This document shows positions 1 through 8,506 of a DNA stretch of 20,000 nt, one piece after another. The notes below the pieces were generated by a model. That model made no database searches and had not been told where the DNA came from. It was given only the letters and a program-made list of their open reading frames with translations. This stretch comes from an uncultured virus (IMG/VR IMGVR_UViG_3300035670_000134) (lineage: Duplodnaviria > Heunggongvirae > Uroviricota > Caudoviricetes), in the IMG/VR virus record IMGVR_UViG_3300035670_000134, one strand, 5' to 3'. Within the stretch, counting starts at the first letter, position 1. The number at the start of each line of letters is the position of its first letter. The position numbers and the translations under genes were made by a program.

Positions 1-400
1 ATCCAACACCACCGCCAACCATAAGATGATCCATAAGGAATTGGAAATCCTCAACCTTAGAAATAGTTGTCATCCAACAATTGACAAGACTAACTCCACT
101 CATCTTTCGTACCAGCGGAGTACCCAATTGCCAAAGGGCACGTCCAGCAAAAATGCCCTTTAAATTAAAGATGTAATCAAATAGGCGCTCAGCCTCTTCT
201 TTCGTATACCCAGCGCCAATCTCTTGAGCACCATTGATTGCCCTAGCAATTGTTTCAAACCAATATTCCTTACGCCCAAGAGCTTCGATATCTCTTGAAT
301 ATGTGCGGCGATAAACAATCTCGCCCATGCCGTTGAATCCCCACGGCGGGGTCTTGTCCACATACTGTGCGACAAAATCTGGTGTAATAACGTTACTCAT
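1..400 (-). CDS. nrdJ: Class II (adenosylcobalamin-dependent) ribonucleotide reductase, N-terminal part, runs off the window
   Basis: Not in the ORF track. Manual translation from ATG at 400 (GGAGG upstream) gives MSNVITPDFVAQYVDKTPPWGFNGMGEIVYRRTYSR...EYWFETIARAING...AGRALWQLGT...SLVNCW...FLMDHLMVGGGVG. The YxRTYSR, GRxLWxxGT, NC and LMxGxGVG motifs match monomeric NrdJ/RTPR. Confidence 0.9.
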   Translation of the reverse strand, partial: MSNVITPDFVAQYVDKTPPWGFNGMGEIVYRRTYSRDIEALGRKEYWFETIARAINGAQEIGAGYTKEEAERLFDYIFNLKGIFAGRALWQLGTPLVRKMSGVSLVNCWMTTISKVEDFQFLMDHLMVGGGVG

Positions 401-474
401 TCAAACCTCCAAAGTGATAGATATCTATCGTATCAACTAGGACACTACTGATAAAGAAAAAATGCTAGGGGGTA

Positions 475-1485
475 TTAAAAATTCTTCTCGTACTCGTCTA
501 GCCGATTGATGATCATATCAGCGACAGCGCCCCATGAGCGGGTTTCGTGAAGAATTCTTGCGGATTGCAGAGTATATTTTTTAAAGTCGTCGTATTCATT
601 GACGACATGCTCCATAAGATCACATAAAGCATCATAACTCGGAGAAGCCCATTGACCAGCATCAAAAGCGTACATACTACTTTGCTGATTAGCATCATCC
701 CACTCAGCTTCTAAAGGAATAGAGTAATTAGCAAAGTCAGCAGTACCAGTTAAGTTTGTGACAATGCTTGGCATTCCTGTAGCAATAGCTTCAAATGGAA
801 TCATGCCAAAGCCTTCACCCTTAGTCGGATAAACTAAGCAATGACACTTGTGGTATAACTGAACCATTTCTTCAGTTGTTAAGTTATGACTTACAGCATA
901 AATCTGAGGATGATTATAGGCAGGAACCATTCTGCCATTAAGATAAACCTCTGCATCACAAAACTTATTGTACTTTAATACAAGTTGAAAATCATCTTGA
1001 CCTTCATACAGGTCTAGGAAAGCATCAACAACAAGTTGAACATTCTTACGCTTTGATTCACCACCTACGTGTAGAAAGTTAAACTTTCCCGTAATCTCTC
1101 TATCGTATATTTCAAATTCATCTGAAATGCCGTGAGGTATAACATGAATGTTATGATGAAGATTATTCTTTTCATAAACCTCTTTTACAAATTCTGAGGT
1201 AGCCCAAAGTTCGTCACACTCCGATATAGGCTGTTTCCATGACTCAGGAACTTTAGTTGATTCCCAAGGTGTATAGCCTACAGTATAACTTCTACCAGTC
1301 TGGTAATACATAGGCTGACAGAAATTGATATGATAGGGAATATCTCTACGGTTATAGAATACACCTACCCCGCGAGATTGTAGACCCTTAATTGTACTAA
1401 TTGCGGCATTAGAATACCCTTGACTGTACCAGAGTTCTCCGCTTTCATCCACATTACTTGGCGTGAACCAACTTATTTTTTTCAT
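475..1485 (-). CDS. Glycosyltransferase, GT-B fold, family 4-like
   Basis: 336 aa with DELWATSEFVKEVY, VIPHG, FLHVG...RKN and the GT4 signature YPTKGEGFGMIPFEAIATGMPSIVT. Confidence 0.9.
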   Translation of the reverse strand: MKKISWFTPSNVDESGELWYSQGYSNAAISTIKGLQSRGVGVFYNRRDIPYHINFCQPMYYQTGRSYTVGYTPWESTKVPESWKQPISECDELWATSEFVKEVYEKNNLHHNIHVIPHGISDEFEIYDREITGKFNFLHVGGESKRKNVQLVVDAFLDLYEGQDDFQLVLKYNKFCDAEVYLNGRMVPAYNHPQIYAVSHNLTTEEMVQLYHKCHCLVYPTKGEGFGMIPFEAIATGMPSIVTNLTGTADFANYSIPLEAEWDDANQQSSMYAFDAGQWASPSYDALCDLMEHVVNEYDDFKKYTLQSARILHETRSWGAVADMIINRLDEYEKNF

Positions 1486-1494
1486 AGAACCTTA

Positions 1495-1713
1495 TTACTT
1501 AGTGTAAGTTTGCATGTCCAGACATTTTACACCCTTACGAATCAGTTTCTGTGCATCCTCCTCAGAAATTTCACAGGTAACTGGTGTCCCTCGGTAAACG
1601 CAGCGAGTAGCTGCTATGTAAAACCCATCACACTTCATAATAGAAATATAATCAGAGTCTAAAACCACGGCGGGACCGCAGTCGTCTGATTCAACGATTG
1701 CAACAATGTTCAT
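1495..1713 (-). CDS. Hypothetical protein (72 aa)
   Basis: ORF packed directly upstream of the glycosyltransferase. A TGATAACAT extended -10-like element lies 7 nt before the ATG. Confidence 0.7.
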   Translation of the reverse strand: MNIVAIVESDDCGPAVVLDSDYISIMKCDGFYIAATRCVYRGTPVTCEISEEDAQKLIRKGVKCLDMQTYTK

Positions 1714-1895
1714 AGATATATGTTATCACTCTAAGCAATAAAACGATAATGACGTTACGCGTAACACTGTCTAACGCTGTGTGCTTCGCGTATTATAGTG
1801 TGAGAAGGTATCACAGATTTTGGCGGTCCGTCTCGTTTTACGGAATTTTTTCCAAAAAGCCGGAATCTGGATGATTCAGTGATAGCATCATACCC

Positions 1896-2591
1896 ATGAA
1901 CTACGGAAACAGTGTCAAGGTTTTAAACGAAGGTGCAGTATCTCTGATTGAAGTTATGGGTAGCGACTTAGATGTTGTCAATGCTGCCAGAGTTAGTTTT
2001 TCTGCATACCAAGACGAGATGAATGATAAAGCAGCGGGTCTTGTTAATTATCTTCTTAAGAATAACCATGCAACACCGTTTGAGCATGTTTTGTTTAAGT
2101 TTTACATTAAGTGCCCAATCTTTGTTGCAAGAGAATGGTTTAGGCATAGGTGGTCTTCATTCAATGAGATGAGCATGAGATACTATGTTCCAGATTCATT
2201 AGACTTCTTTTTTCCAAGTGATGAGTCTATTCGTAAGCAAGTTGGTAAGCCGGGTCATTATACGTTTGAGAAGATTGATGATCCAGCAGTTTACGATTTT
2301 GTGACAGAAAAGTTTCAAGAAGCTTACACCGTTGCTGAAAATAACTATTATGAAATGATTGAGGCTGGTATTGCAAAAGAGATTGCAAGATCAGTCCTAC
2401 CAGTTGGTCAGTACACAGAATTTGTCTGGACGGTAAATCTACGTAGTGTAATTAACTTTCTTGCGTTAAGAAATGATGAAAACGCACAGAAAGAAATTAG
2501 ACAGTATGCAGAAGTAATTGAAAACCTTATTTATGCTCATGTGCCTGTAACAATGGAATCGTTTATTAATAACGGCAGGTCAGCGATCTAA
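1896..2591 (+). CDS. thyX: Flavin-dependent thymidylate synthase
   Basis: Motifs VVNAARVS, HATPFEH, PIFVAREWFRHRWSSFNEMSMRY (ThyX RHRxxSxxxxSxRY), EIARSVLP, NLRS and AQKEIRQYA. Confidence 0.97.
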   Translation: MNYGNSVKVLNEGAVSLIEVMGSDLDVVNAARVSFSAYQDEMNDKAAGLVNYLLKNNHATPFEHVLFKFYIKCPIFVAREWFRHRWSSFNEMSMRYYVPDSLDFFFPSDESIRKQVGKPGHYTFEKIDDPAVYDFVTEKFQEAYTVAENNYYEMIEAGIAKEIARSVLPVGQYTEFVWTVNLRSVINFLALRNDENAQKEIRQYAEVIENLIYAHVPVTMESFINNGRSAI

Positions 2592-2905
2592 TGAGAATTG
2601 TTCCTTACGATGGAGATGAAGAGATAGAGGATATTCCTACCTTATCTATCTTGATTAAAGCAATACCTTTTGAAGACGGCTATGCTCCAGCTTTTACGCT
2701 AGTTGCTCCAACTGACGATCACTTTATTTCCATTGATGAAGCAAATTGTTTAATGGATGGGATTGAAATAGCCCGTGATAGAGTCGATGAACTTATTGCT
2801 TTAATGCTACAATCTAAGATTGCGGAACGTTTTGCTGAGCAGCAAATTATCTTGTATGACCAAGATGAGGAGGACGAAGAAGATGATAATGGGGAAGGTG
2901 ATTAA
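2591..2905 (+). CDS. Hypothetical acidic protein
   Basis: Start overlaps the thyX stop (TAATG). The C-terminal tail is acidic. Confidence 0.75.
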   Translation: MRIVPYDGDEEIEDIPTLSILIKAIPFEDGYAPAFTLVAPTDDHFISIDEANCLMDGIEIARDRVDELIALMLQSKIAERFAEQQIILYDQDEEDEEDDNGEGD

Positions 2906-3170
2906 GGATTTTCCTTATCCAGAAAAAAGATGTCCTTACTGCAACACCAAACTAACTCTAGTTAATGCAATTCATTACGAAAATGATCCATATCATTTTA
3001 AAGCTTTATATTTAGATCCAAATCCTAACTGTCCGGTTTACGACGAAGGTGCATTAAAAGGATATGCTCGCATATACTATTCCTCAGAAGAGGCATACTG
3101 GTATTACGGAGATGTAAAGATTCCGGTTCAAAGATGGAATCGTGAAGACTTGTATACGATTTACAAGTAA
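2889..3170 (+). CDS. Hypothetical protein with CPYC motif
   Basis: Likely start ATG 2889 (or 2883) overlapping the previous gene. Protein reads MGKVIKDFPYPEKRCPYC...NCPVY. Confidence 0.7.
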   Translation: MGKVIKDFPYPEKRCPYCNTKLTLVNAIHYENDPYHFKALYLDPNPNCPVYDEGALKGYARIYYSSEEAYWYYGDVKIPVQRWNREDLYTIYK

Positions 3171-3191
3171 TCTGATAAAATAGAAAGTACT

Positions 3192-4241
3192 ATGCCAGTT
3201 GAAAGATGCTCAGACGGTGGGAAGCCGGGTTTTAGATTTGGTGATTCCGGTAAATGCTATACATACACGCAAGGTGATCAGGCGGGTATGAGAAGCGCAA
3301 GAGACAAGGCCCGTGCTCAAGAAAGAGCCGCTTATGCCTCTGGCTTCACAGGAAAATCGTATGACGATACTGAATACGACTTTCTTAATGAATTCCTTCT
3401 AAAAGAAGAAGTTTCAACATACGAAGAATTCCTTGAAGATGTTATCAAAGAGGCTGAGTATGAAATAGTTCTTCCGCCAGATGATCAAGAAGAAGAAGGT
3501 CATGAGCATATGATGCTTGATCGTTTAGATGCCGAAGAGAGAATGTTTGCAAACGCACTTCTTGCTATTACTCAGAAGTATGGAAAGTTTAATGCAGATG
3601 ACGAGGGTGTATGGGTAGGGTTTGAAACTGGTGAAGATAATGAAGATGCAGAGATTGGCGTAAAGTGCTCTAATTGTGTTTTTGCTCACAGCGAAAAGGT
3701 TTGTATGATTATTGAGCAAGAGATTGAGCCAAATGGTAAATGCAGGCTTGCTGTTATTCCTAAAGGTCTTGTCCAACCAGATATGGACGACGAAGACGAC
3801 GAAGATGAGGACGATGAAGAAATGGACAAGGTGACCTACGGTCGTCCCGGTCCAAATGATCCAAGAAAGACTCCTGCTAAGCCATCCGAAAGGCGTAGAG
3901 GATCTTCTAGAAACCGATCTGGTTCTGCAGAAGGCGGTTCATCTGTAACATTCTCGGATGCAGTAACACGCTCTCTTAAGACAAAGATGGATACTCATAA
4001 CGACAAGCACGGCGATGCAGCATCAAAGCGTGCTACAATGGCCGCTCTGAAAGCGGTTTACAGGCGTGGTGCTGGGGCTTTTTCAACCTCACACCGTCCG
4101 GGTATGACAAGAGGTCAATGGGCAATGGCGAGAGTCAATGCTTACCTTTATCTGCTAAGAAACGGCAGACCGTCAAATCCAAACTACAATACAGATAACG
4201 ATCTTTTGCCGAAGGGTCACCCCAGAAGCAGCAAGAAGTAA
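3192..4241 (+). CDS. Multidomain phage protein with a HiPIP-like 4-Cys segment and a basic C-terminal domain
   Basis: 349 aa. N-terminal PVERC..GKPGFRFGDSGKCYTY module, central CSNC-x7-C-x12-GKC-type segment, acidic linker, and C-terminal LKAVYRRGAGAFSTSHRPGMTRGQWAMARVNAYL, which resembles DUF5824-type viral domains from memory. Confidence 0.8.
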   Translation: MPVERCSDGGKPGFRFGDSGKCYTYTQGDQAGMRSARDKARAQERAAYASGFTGKSYDDTEYDFLNEFLLKEEVSTYEEFLEDVIKEAEYEIVLPPDDQEEEGHEHMMLDRLDAEERMFANALLAITQKYGKFNADDEGVWVGFETGEDNEDAEIGVKCSNCVFAHSEKVCMIIEQEIEPNGKCRLAVIPKGLVQPDMDDEDDEDEDDEEMDKVTYGRPGPNDPRKTPAKPSERRRGSSRNRSGSAEGGSSVTFSDAVTRSLKTKMDTHNDKHGDAASKRATMAALKAVYRRGAGAFSTSHRPGMTRGQWAMARVNAYLYLLRNGRPSNPNYNTDNDLLPKGHPRSSKK

Positions 4242-4254
4242 TAAGGAGATAAAA

Positions 4255-4626
4255 ATGATCATTAATCTACCGTACGATAATGTTGAGGTTATGAAGTCTC
4301 AGCATGAACGCATGAAGACATGGAATGAGAACATGATGAAGCAGCATGAAGCTGCTGCCTCATGGCATCAATCACAAATTGAAGAGCTTGAGAAGGCAAT
4401 GGTAAGAGTTCCTTTAGAGCCTGAGCAGAAGCCAGCACCTAGCGCAGGCGGTTCCCGTGGTTCATCGACTGATGGCCCAGATGCTGCCGCTCCTGCACCA
4501 GTTCAGGTACCGCTTGATCCTATGAAGAAGGCAGACCTGATTAGCATTCTTGAGGATCATGCCGCTCAATTTGGTGATTTTTCCAAGTCGGTTGAAGAGA
4601 TTGCTGAGCTTATCCTTGGTGAGTGA
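4255..4626 (+). CDS. Hypothetical protein
   Basis: Strong RBS TAAGGAG. Helical N-terminus and a Pro/Ala/Ser linker. Confidence 0.8.
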   Translation: MIINLPYDNVEVMKSQHERMKTWNENMMKQHEAAASWHQSQIEELEKAMVRVPLEPEQKPAPSAGGSRGSSTDGPDAAAPAPVQVPLDPMKKADLISILEDHAAQFGDFSKSVEEIAELILGE

Positions 4627-4832
4627 TGGACTCGGCAGGTATGTCCGCAATTATTGTCGCGCTTATAACGACATTAGGTGCGGTACTTGTTGCAATGTTT
4701 AACTCGCTTAGAAAAGAAAATCGGCAAGATCACAATGTCGTTAGGGACAAGCTAGAAAAATTGGATGAAGATATCAAGCATATTGATAACAAACTTGATG
4801 ATCATATTCAATGGCACCTTGACGATAAGTGA
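4623..4832 (+). CDS. Small membrane protein (one TM helix plus coiled coil; holin-like architecture)
   Basis: Hydrophobic AIIVALITTLGAVLVAMF followed by a heptad-like segment ending LDDHIQWH. Overlaps the previous stop. Confidence 0.7.
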   Translation: MMDSAGMSAIIVALITTLGAVLVAMFNSLRKENRQDHNVVRDKLEKLDEDIKHIDNKLDDHIQWHLDDK

Positions 4833-4919
4833 TATAATATAGTTCGTGGTAAAGCCCTTGGCTGTAAGTATTTCGTAAGATTATTTATGGTGCGGGGGCT
4901 TACCCATTTTCGAGGTTAT

Positions 4920-5267
4920 ATGGAAACCCCTTTTTACCCCATCGTTGAAGTTTTCTGGAAAGATCACTACGCCATCGGTGACGAGTGGTATGATGAGGTC
5001 GGGAAAAGGGATGTCAGGATTATTTCCGCTATCGGATATCTTGTTGATGAAGACGAAGACTATTACTACATTGCTGCCAACTACGATTTTGGAAATCATA
5101 CTTTTTCCTCTGGGACTGCTGTTTTAAAAAATTGCATAATAAGAAGAAGGGTACTCAGTAAAGGTAAATTTAACTATGATCAGTTTTCAGGAACAAGAGC
5201 GTCTGATGAAAATCGTAAACGCACAGCACTCTTTAAAAAATTCGGAAAAGACCCGGGCTGGAGCTAG
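4920..5267 (+). CDS. Hypothetical protein
   Basis: GAGG before ATG 4920. IVEVFWKDH...AIGYLVDEDEDYYYIA is a pattern common in small phage proteins. Confidence 0.7.
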   Translation: METPFYPIVEVFWKDHYAIGDEWYDEVGKRDVRIISAIGYLVDEDEDYYYIAANYDFGNHTFSSGTAVLKNCIIRRRVLSKGKFNYDQFSGTRASDENRKRTALFKKFGKDPGWS

Positions 5268-5613
5268 TGTTATTGTCGGCTTTAAGGATGAAAAGTCTTT
5301 AAAGCAAATTATTGCTCACTATCAAATAAATGAAGATGACGCAAAGTATTGGTGGGAGTATTTTGGCTTCTCTGGTAGTTCTGTTGAGAAGAAAACAAAG
5401 ACCCGGAAAAAGAATCATATCTTTGAGTTTCTTAAAGAGAATGCCGGTTCAGAGATTACTGTAAAAGATCTTTGTGATAAGTGTTCTATTAGCCAGCCAA
5501 CAGCATACAAGTTTGTTAACGATAATATTGGATGGTTCAAAAAAGTTAAACGAGGTTTATACCTTATTGTCGATGCTGATGAAGAAAGAAAGAAGGCAAA
5601 GAGCAATGGGTGA
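5176..5613 (+). CDS. Putative winged-HTH DNA-binding protein
   Basis: C-terminal IFEFLKEN..EITVKDLCDKCSISQPTAYKFV...FKKVKRGLY has a wHTH pattern. Confidence 0.65.
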   Translation: MISFQEQERLMKIVNAQHSLKNSEKTRAGASVIVGFKDEKSLKQIIAHYQINEDDAKYWWEYFGFSGSSVEKKTKTRKKNHIFEFLKENAGSEITVKDLCDKCSISQPTAYKFVNDNIGWFKKVKRGLYLIVDADEERKKAKSNG

Positions 5614-5902
5614 AATAGAATACGCTGTCCGTGAACATGACGTAACCAATGAAGAAGACTTAGTTCAGGGAACTGTAATGTATACAGTTTATGGTAAGAA
5701 TGGGCCTTGGCATGATATGGTTACTGGTCCCGCAGATTATTGCTGGGAGATTGTTGACGCACTTCAGTTCGTTGAGGAAATAAGAAGAGAAGAACGTAAA
5801 GTGTACGGTGAAAATGATACTGTTCGGGCACGTCGTAACCCACCAAAAACAGCCCATGTTGACACAACGAAGACAGGGTCTGTTATATACTATAAGTCAT
5901 GA
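5606..5902 (+). CDS. Hypothetical protein
   Basis: ATG 5606 overlaps the previous stop. Protein begins MGEIEYAVRE. Confidence 0.65.
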   Translation: MGEIEYAVREHDVTNEEDLVQGTVMYTVYGKNGPWHDMVTGPADYCWEIVDALQFVEEIRREERKVYGENDTVRARRNPPKTAHVDTTKTGSVIYYKS

Positions 5903-6063
5903 ACGATAAAGGTTCAGACCCCATCGGGCCAGAATCAATTATTATTCTAAGATGCTGCCGGGACTGGCCGGTTCAGGCTATGATCGCTATGAGAAAAGGA
6001 GGCAGATGTGGATTCTGCGGAAGAGATCCAGAAGTCGTCTTTGAACGATACACAAGACAGTGA
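5899..6063 (+). CDS. Small Cys-rich protein (54 aa), below the ORF-track cutoff
   Basis: ATGA overlap with the upstream stop. Translation MNDKGSDPIGPESIIILRCCRDWPVQAMIAMRKGGRCGFCGRDPEVVFERYTRQ contains CC...CxxC. Confidence 0.5.
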   Translation: MNDKGSDPIGPESIIILRCCRDWPVQAMIAMRKGGRCGFCGRDPEVVFERYTRQ

Positions 6064-6403
6064 TGAACCTTTAGAGGAAGTTCTCTCTATTTTAGGTGAC
6101 ATTGCTGCTGAGATAGAAAGCGGTGCTGAAGTTAAAATGAAGCACCCATCAGATTTTTATTATTCAGCAGCACAAGAAGTTATAGAACTCAAAGCCCGGA
6201 TTAATGAGCTCGAGATTATGCTTGATGGTGCCAAGAAAGGCGTTGAAAGATATGTCTTCGGTAAACTTGAAATCACTGACGAGCAAGGTGAAGTAATCAC
6301 TGTGCTTGATGAGTGGGTTTCTAGAGAGCTTATTGAAGGCGCAATTTCAACATATGTAATAAAGGGAATCATTAAAGGAACAGAGTATCTTGAAAACAAT
6401 TGA
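6008..6403 (+). CDS. Hypothetical acidic/coiled-coil protein
   Basis: Open frame with AAGGAGG upstream. The true start could be ATG 6137. Confidence 0.65.
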   Translation: MDSAEEIQKSSLNDTQDSDEPLEEVLSILGDIAAEIESGAEVKMKHPSDFYYSAAQEVIELKARINELEIMLDGAKKGVERYVFGKLEITDEQGEVITVLDEWVSRELIEGAISTYVIKGIIKGTEYLENN

Positions 6404-6935
6404 TAAGACATGGCAAGAAGCAGCCAATGAGGCTATTTCTCAAATCTACACGATGACTGTAGAAAAGAACTTTGATCAAAGCCAAACACTCGTTCGTTTT
6501 ATGCGTCATCGGTTTAATCAAGAAATTCAAAAGTTTGAATTTAATCAATCTATGACCGTAGAAACAGACCCTTCAGTCTGGAGCTTTATTGGTCGTCATG
6601 CTCTTAGGCTATTGTATCTTGAAGGATACTATCCTGCTCAAAACTATGTTGTAGAACTTTTGATTCGCAAGCAAAAGGATTATGGTCCTGAGAACATTGC
6701 CCGGTTTGGGAATGTGGGTCTTCTTATCAGAATGCACGACAAGATTGCCCGGTTAGAAAACATTCTTGAACGTTCCAAGAATAATTTCAACACGGCGGTT
6801 TCTGTCAATATGGTAGAGGACGAAACCATTATCGATACCCTTATCGATATTATCGGGTATTCGGCTATCGCTATCATGTGGTCAACAATCGATGCCGAGG
6901 GGCGGCGGGCCTTCCTTTACCGTGTGGCCGACTGA
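6390..6935 (+). CDS. DUF1599 / nucleotide-modification-associated domain 1 (Nmad1)-like protein
   Basis: RKQKDYGPENI...GLLIRMHDKIARLEN...DETIIDTLIDIIGYS matches the KxxDYG / RxxDKxxR / ExxxDTxxDxxxY pattern of this all-alpha family. Confidence 0.8.
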   Translation: MKTIDKTWQEAANEAISQIYTMTVEKNFDQSQTLVRFMRHRFNQEIQKFEFNQSMTVETDPSVWSFIGRHALRLLYLEGYYPAQNYVVELLIRKQKDYGPENIARFGNVGLLIRMHDKIARLENILERSKNNFNTAVSVNMVEDETIIDTLIDIIGYSAIAIMWSTIDAEGRRAFLYRVAD

Positions 6936-6946
6936 ACTACTAGGGA

Positions 6947-6992
6947 TTGCGTGCAATTGCGTGCAGTTGCGTGCAGTTGCGTGCAGTTGCGT
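6947..6992. repeat. Tandem 10-bp repeat GTGCAGTTGC, about 4.5 copies
   Basis: Directly visible: ttgc GTGCAATTGC GTGCAGTTGC GTGCAGTTGC GTGCAGTTGC gt, flanked by TAGGG on both sides. Confidence 0.95.
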
Positions 6993-7003
6993 AGGGTTGA
7001 TTA

Positions 7004-7540
7004 ATGAATCTTCAATATCTTGACTTCAAATACGGCATCCGGCCTCATGAGGCCAAATGGCTTATGTCATGCGACCATCTTGCCAAAACGTTTTCAACAT
7101 GTGCGAAACGCCAATATTTTGCCGTTATCATCGGTGACAACAAACGTTTGTTATCACAAGGATACAACGGGTCACCGCCCGGCATGGGGCATTGTAACGA
7201 AGGATATTGTCCGAGATACAAAAACGGTTCCCCGTCGGGCAGCATATATGACGACTGCATCGCCACACACGCCGAAGCAAACGCCATCATGTGGGCCGAC
7301 CCGCACGCCCGCAAAGACGCCACGCTTATTATAAATGGCTCTCCCTGCTATGGATGTGCCAAATTGATAGTTAACAGCGGCATACGGCGAATTATAGGGC
7401 AATCAGACGAAACCTACGCACAAGAGCAGCACGTATACAGCTTCCTACTTCAGAACAGAATTGACACAATTCTGCTGAAGAAAAATGAAAACCGGAAAAT
7501 CCGTCAGATTATCGATCAACACATATCGTCTATCTTGTGA
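7004..7540 (+). CDS. Deoxycytidylate (dCMP) deaminase
   Basis: STCAKRQ, GYNGSPPG..HC, HAEANAI and PCYGCAKLIVNSGI zinc-deaminase motifs. Confidence 0.93.
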   Translation: MNLQYLDFKYGIRPHEAKWLMSCDHLAKTFSTCAKRQYFAVIIGDNKRLLSQGYNGSPPGMGHCNEGYCPRYKNGSPSGSIYDDCIATHAEANAIMWADPHARKDATLIINGSPCYGCAKLIVNSGIRRIIGQSDETYAQEQHVYSFLLQNRIDTILLKKNENRKIRQIIDQHISSIL

Positions 7541-7625
7541 CTCAACCTATAGCTCCCTATTCTGTAGAGCCTAACAAAACTTAAAACCAGCTCTAACCCC
7601 CCAGATTTTTCCCAAAGTCTTCCCC

Positions 7626-7650
7626 AGCCCGGCTAACCCCCGGGCTTTTT
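7626..7650 (+). terminator. Intrinsic terminator closing the AT-rich + strand operon
   Basis: AGCCCGG/CCGGGCT stem followed by a T-run. Confidence 0.7.
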
Positions 7651-7808
7651 CCATTCCCTCAAACTTCCAGCAAAACTATCCTAAGGAAACGCCGACCCAA
7701 AACAGCAAAAAAATTTAATATATATTGGAAGAGGGTAATGCGAAGGCTCCGACCCTTGTATTTACTTGTCTTACCCTGGGTCAATCACCAACAGGGTGAG
7801 ATAGGGGG

Positions 7809-7837
7809 TTGACGTTGGGCGATGGGGTCATTACGGT
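7809..7837 (+). promoter_or_regulatory. Housekeeping-sigma promoter at the start of the GC-rich block
   Basis: TTGACG-N17-TACGGT. Confidence 0.65.
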
Positions 7838-8004
7838 TCCACTCATCGAAGCCGCCCCGGGGCACCGGGCCATAGCGGCGGAGGCCGGTCGGGGCGACCG
7901 AGCACCTAGGTGCGATGCCCCCCCGATCGGGCCGGGATCTAGGTAGCCCGGTACCCTACTGGGGGCGCATGGCGATGCGCCCACGACCCCAAAGGGGGTG
8001 TCCA

Positions 8005-8403
8005 ATGGACGCACTGCTCACGCAGGGTATGTCCAAGCCGACCCGGGATGAGTACACTGCGGCCGCTACTGCGGTCACAGAGTACGCCGGGAGCGGCGCC
8101 GCATCGAACCGGTTCGCCCGGGACGCTGGCAACGTTGCGATGTTTCTCATCGCACTCACGCTGGCCGACCGGATGGATCTCGCCCCGGCCGGACTGGCCG
8201 ACCGGCGAGACTGGGTCCGGTCGGGCGGTTCGGCAGTCACGGCCCGCGACGGTGACTGGGACCGACTGGTCCCGGGCGGTTCACGACCGGACCAACGGTG
8301 CCAGCGTCGGCTTATGTCGGCACTGGCACTGCGGACCGGCCGGGCGATCCGCCTCGACTGGGTCAACGTCGATGGGACATTCTGGCTGGTCCGGACACGG
8401 TGA
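8005..8403 (+). CDS. Hypothetical protein, paralog family A copy 1
   Basis: AAAGGGGG RBS before ATG 8005. Shares SGAASNR, SRPDQxxQRRLMSALAL and RLDW...TFxxVRT with 9440-9808. Confidence 0.85.
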   Translation: MDALLTQGMSKPTRDEYTAAATAVTEYAGSGAASNRFARDAGNVAMFLIALTLADRMDLAPAGLADRRDWVRSGGSAVTARDGDWDRLVPGGSRPDQRCQRRLMSALALRTGRAIRLDWVNVDGTFWLVRTR

Positions 8404-8409
8404 CCGACG

Positions 8410-8434
8410 GTCGGGGGGGTGCGATCCCCCCGAC
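8410..8434 (+). terminator. GC-rich hairpin after family A copy 1
   Basis: GTCGGGGGG...CCCCCCGAC inverted repeat without a U-tract. Confidence 0.5.
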
Positions 8435-8506
8435 CCGGGTCACCCCGGGAGTATCGAATACCGACCGGGCGCACGGAATGCGCCCATGACCCGAAAGGGG
8501 GACGCA

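Noticed and set aside
160..375. 71-aa ORF from the track
   Set aside because: It is an alternative frame of the nrdJ gene, which has clear motifs.
8336..8355. Shared GRAIR-coding segment between family A copy 1 and family B
   Set aside because: The match is short, GC-rich, not conserved in family A copy 2, and in different protein positions. It is insufficient evidence of homology.
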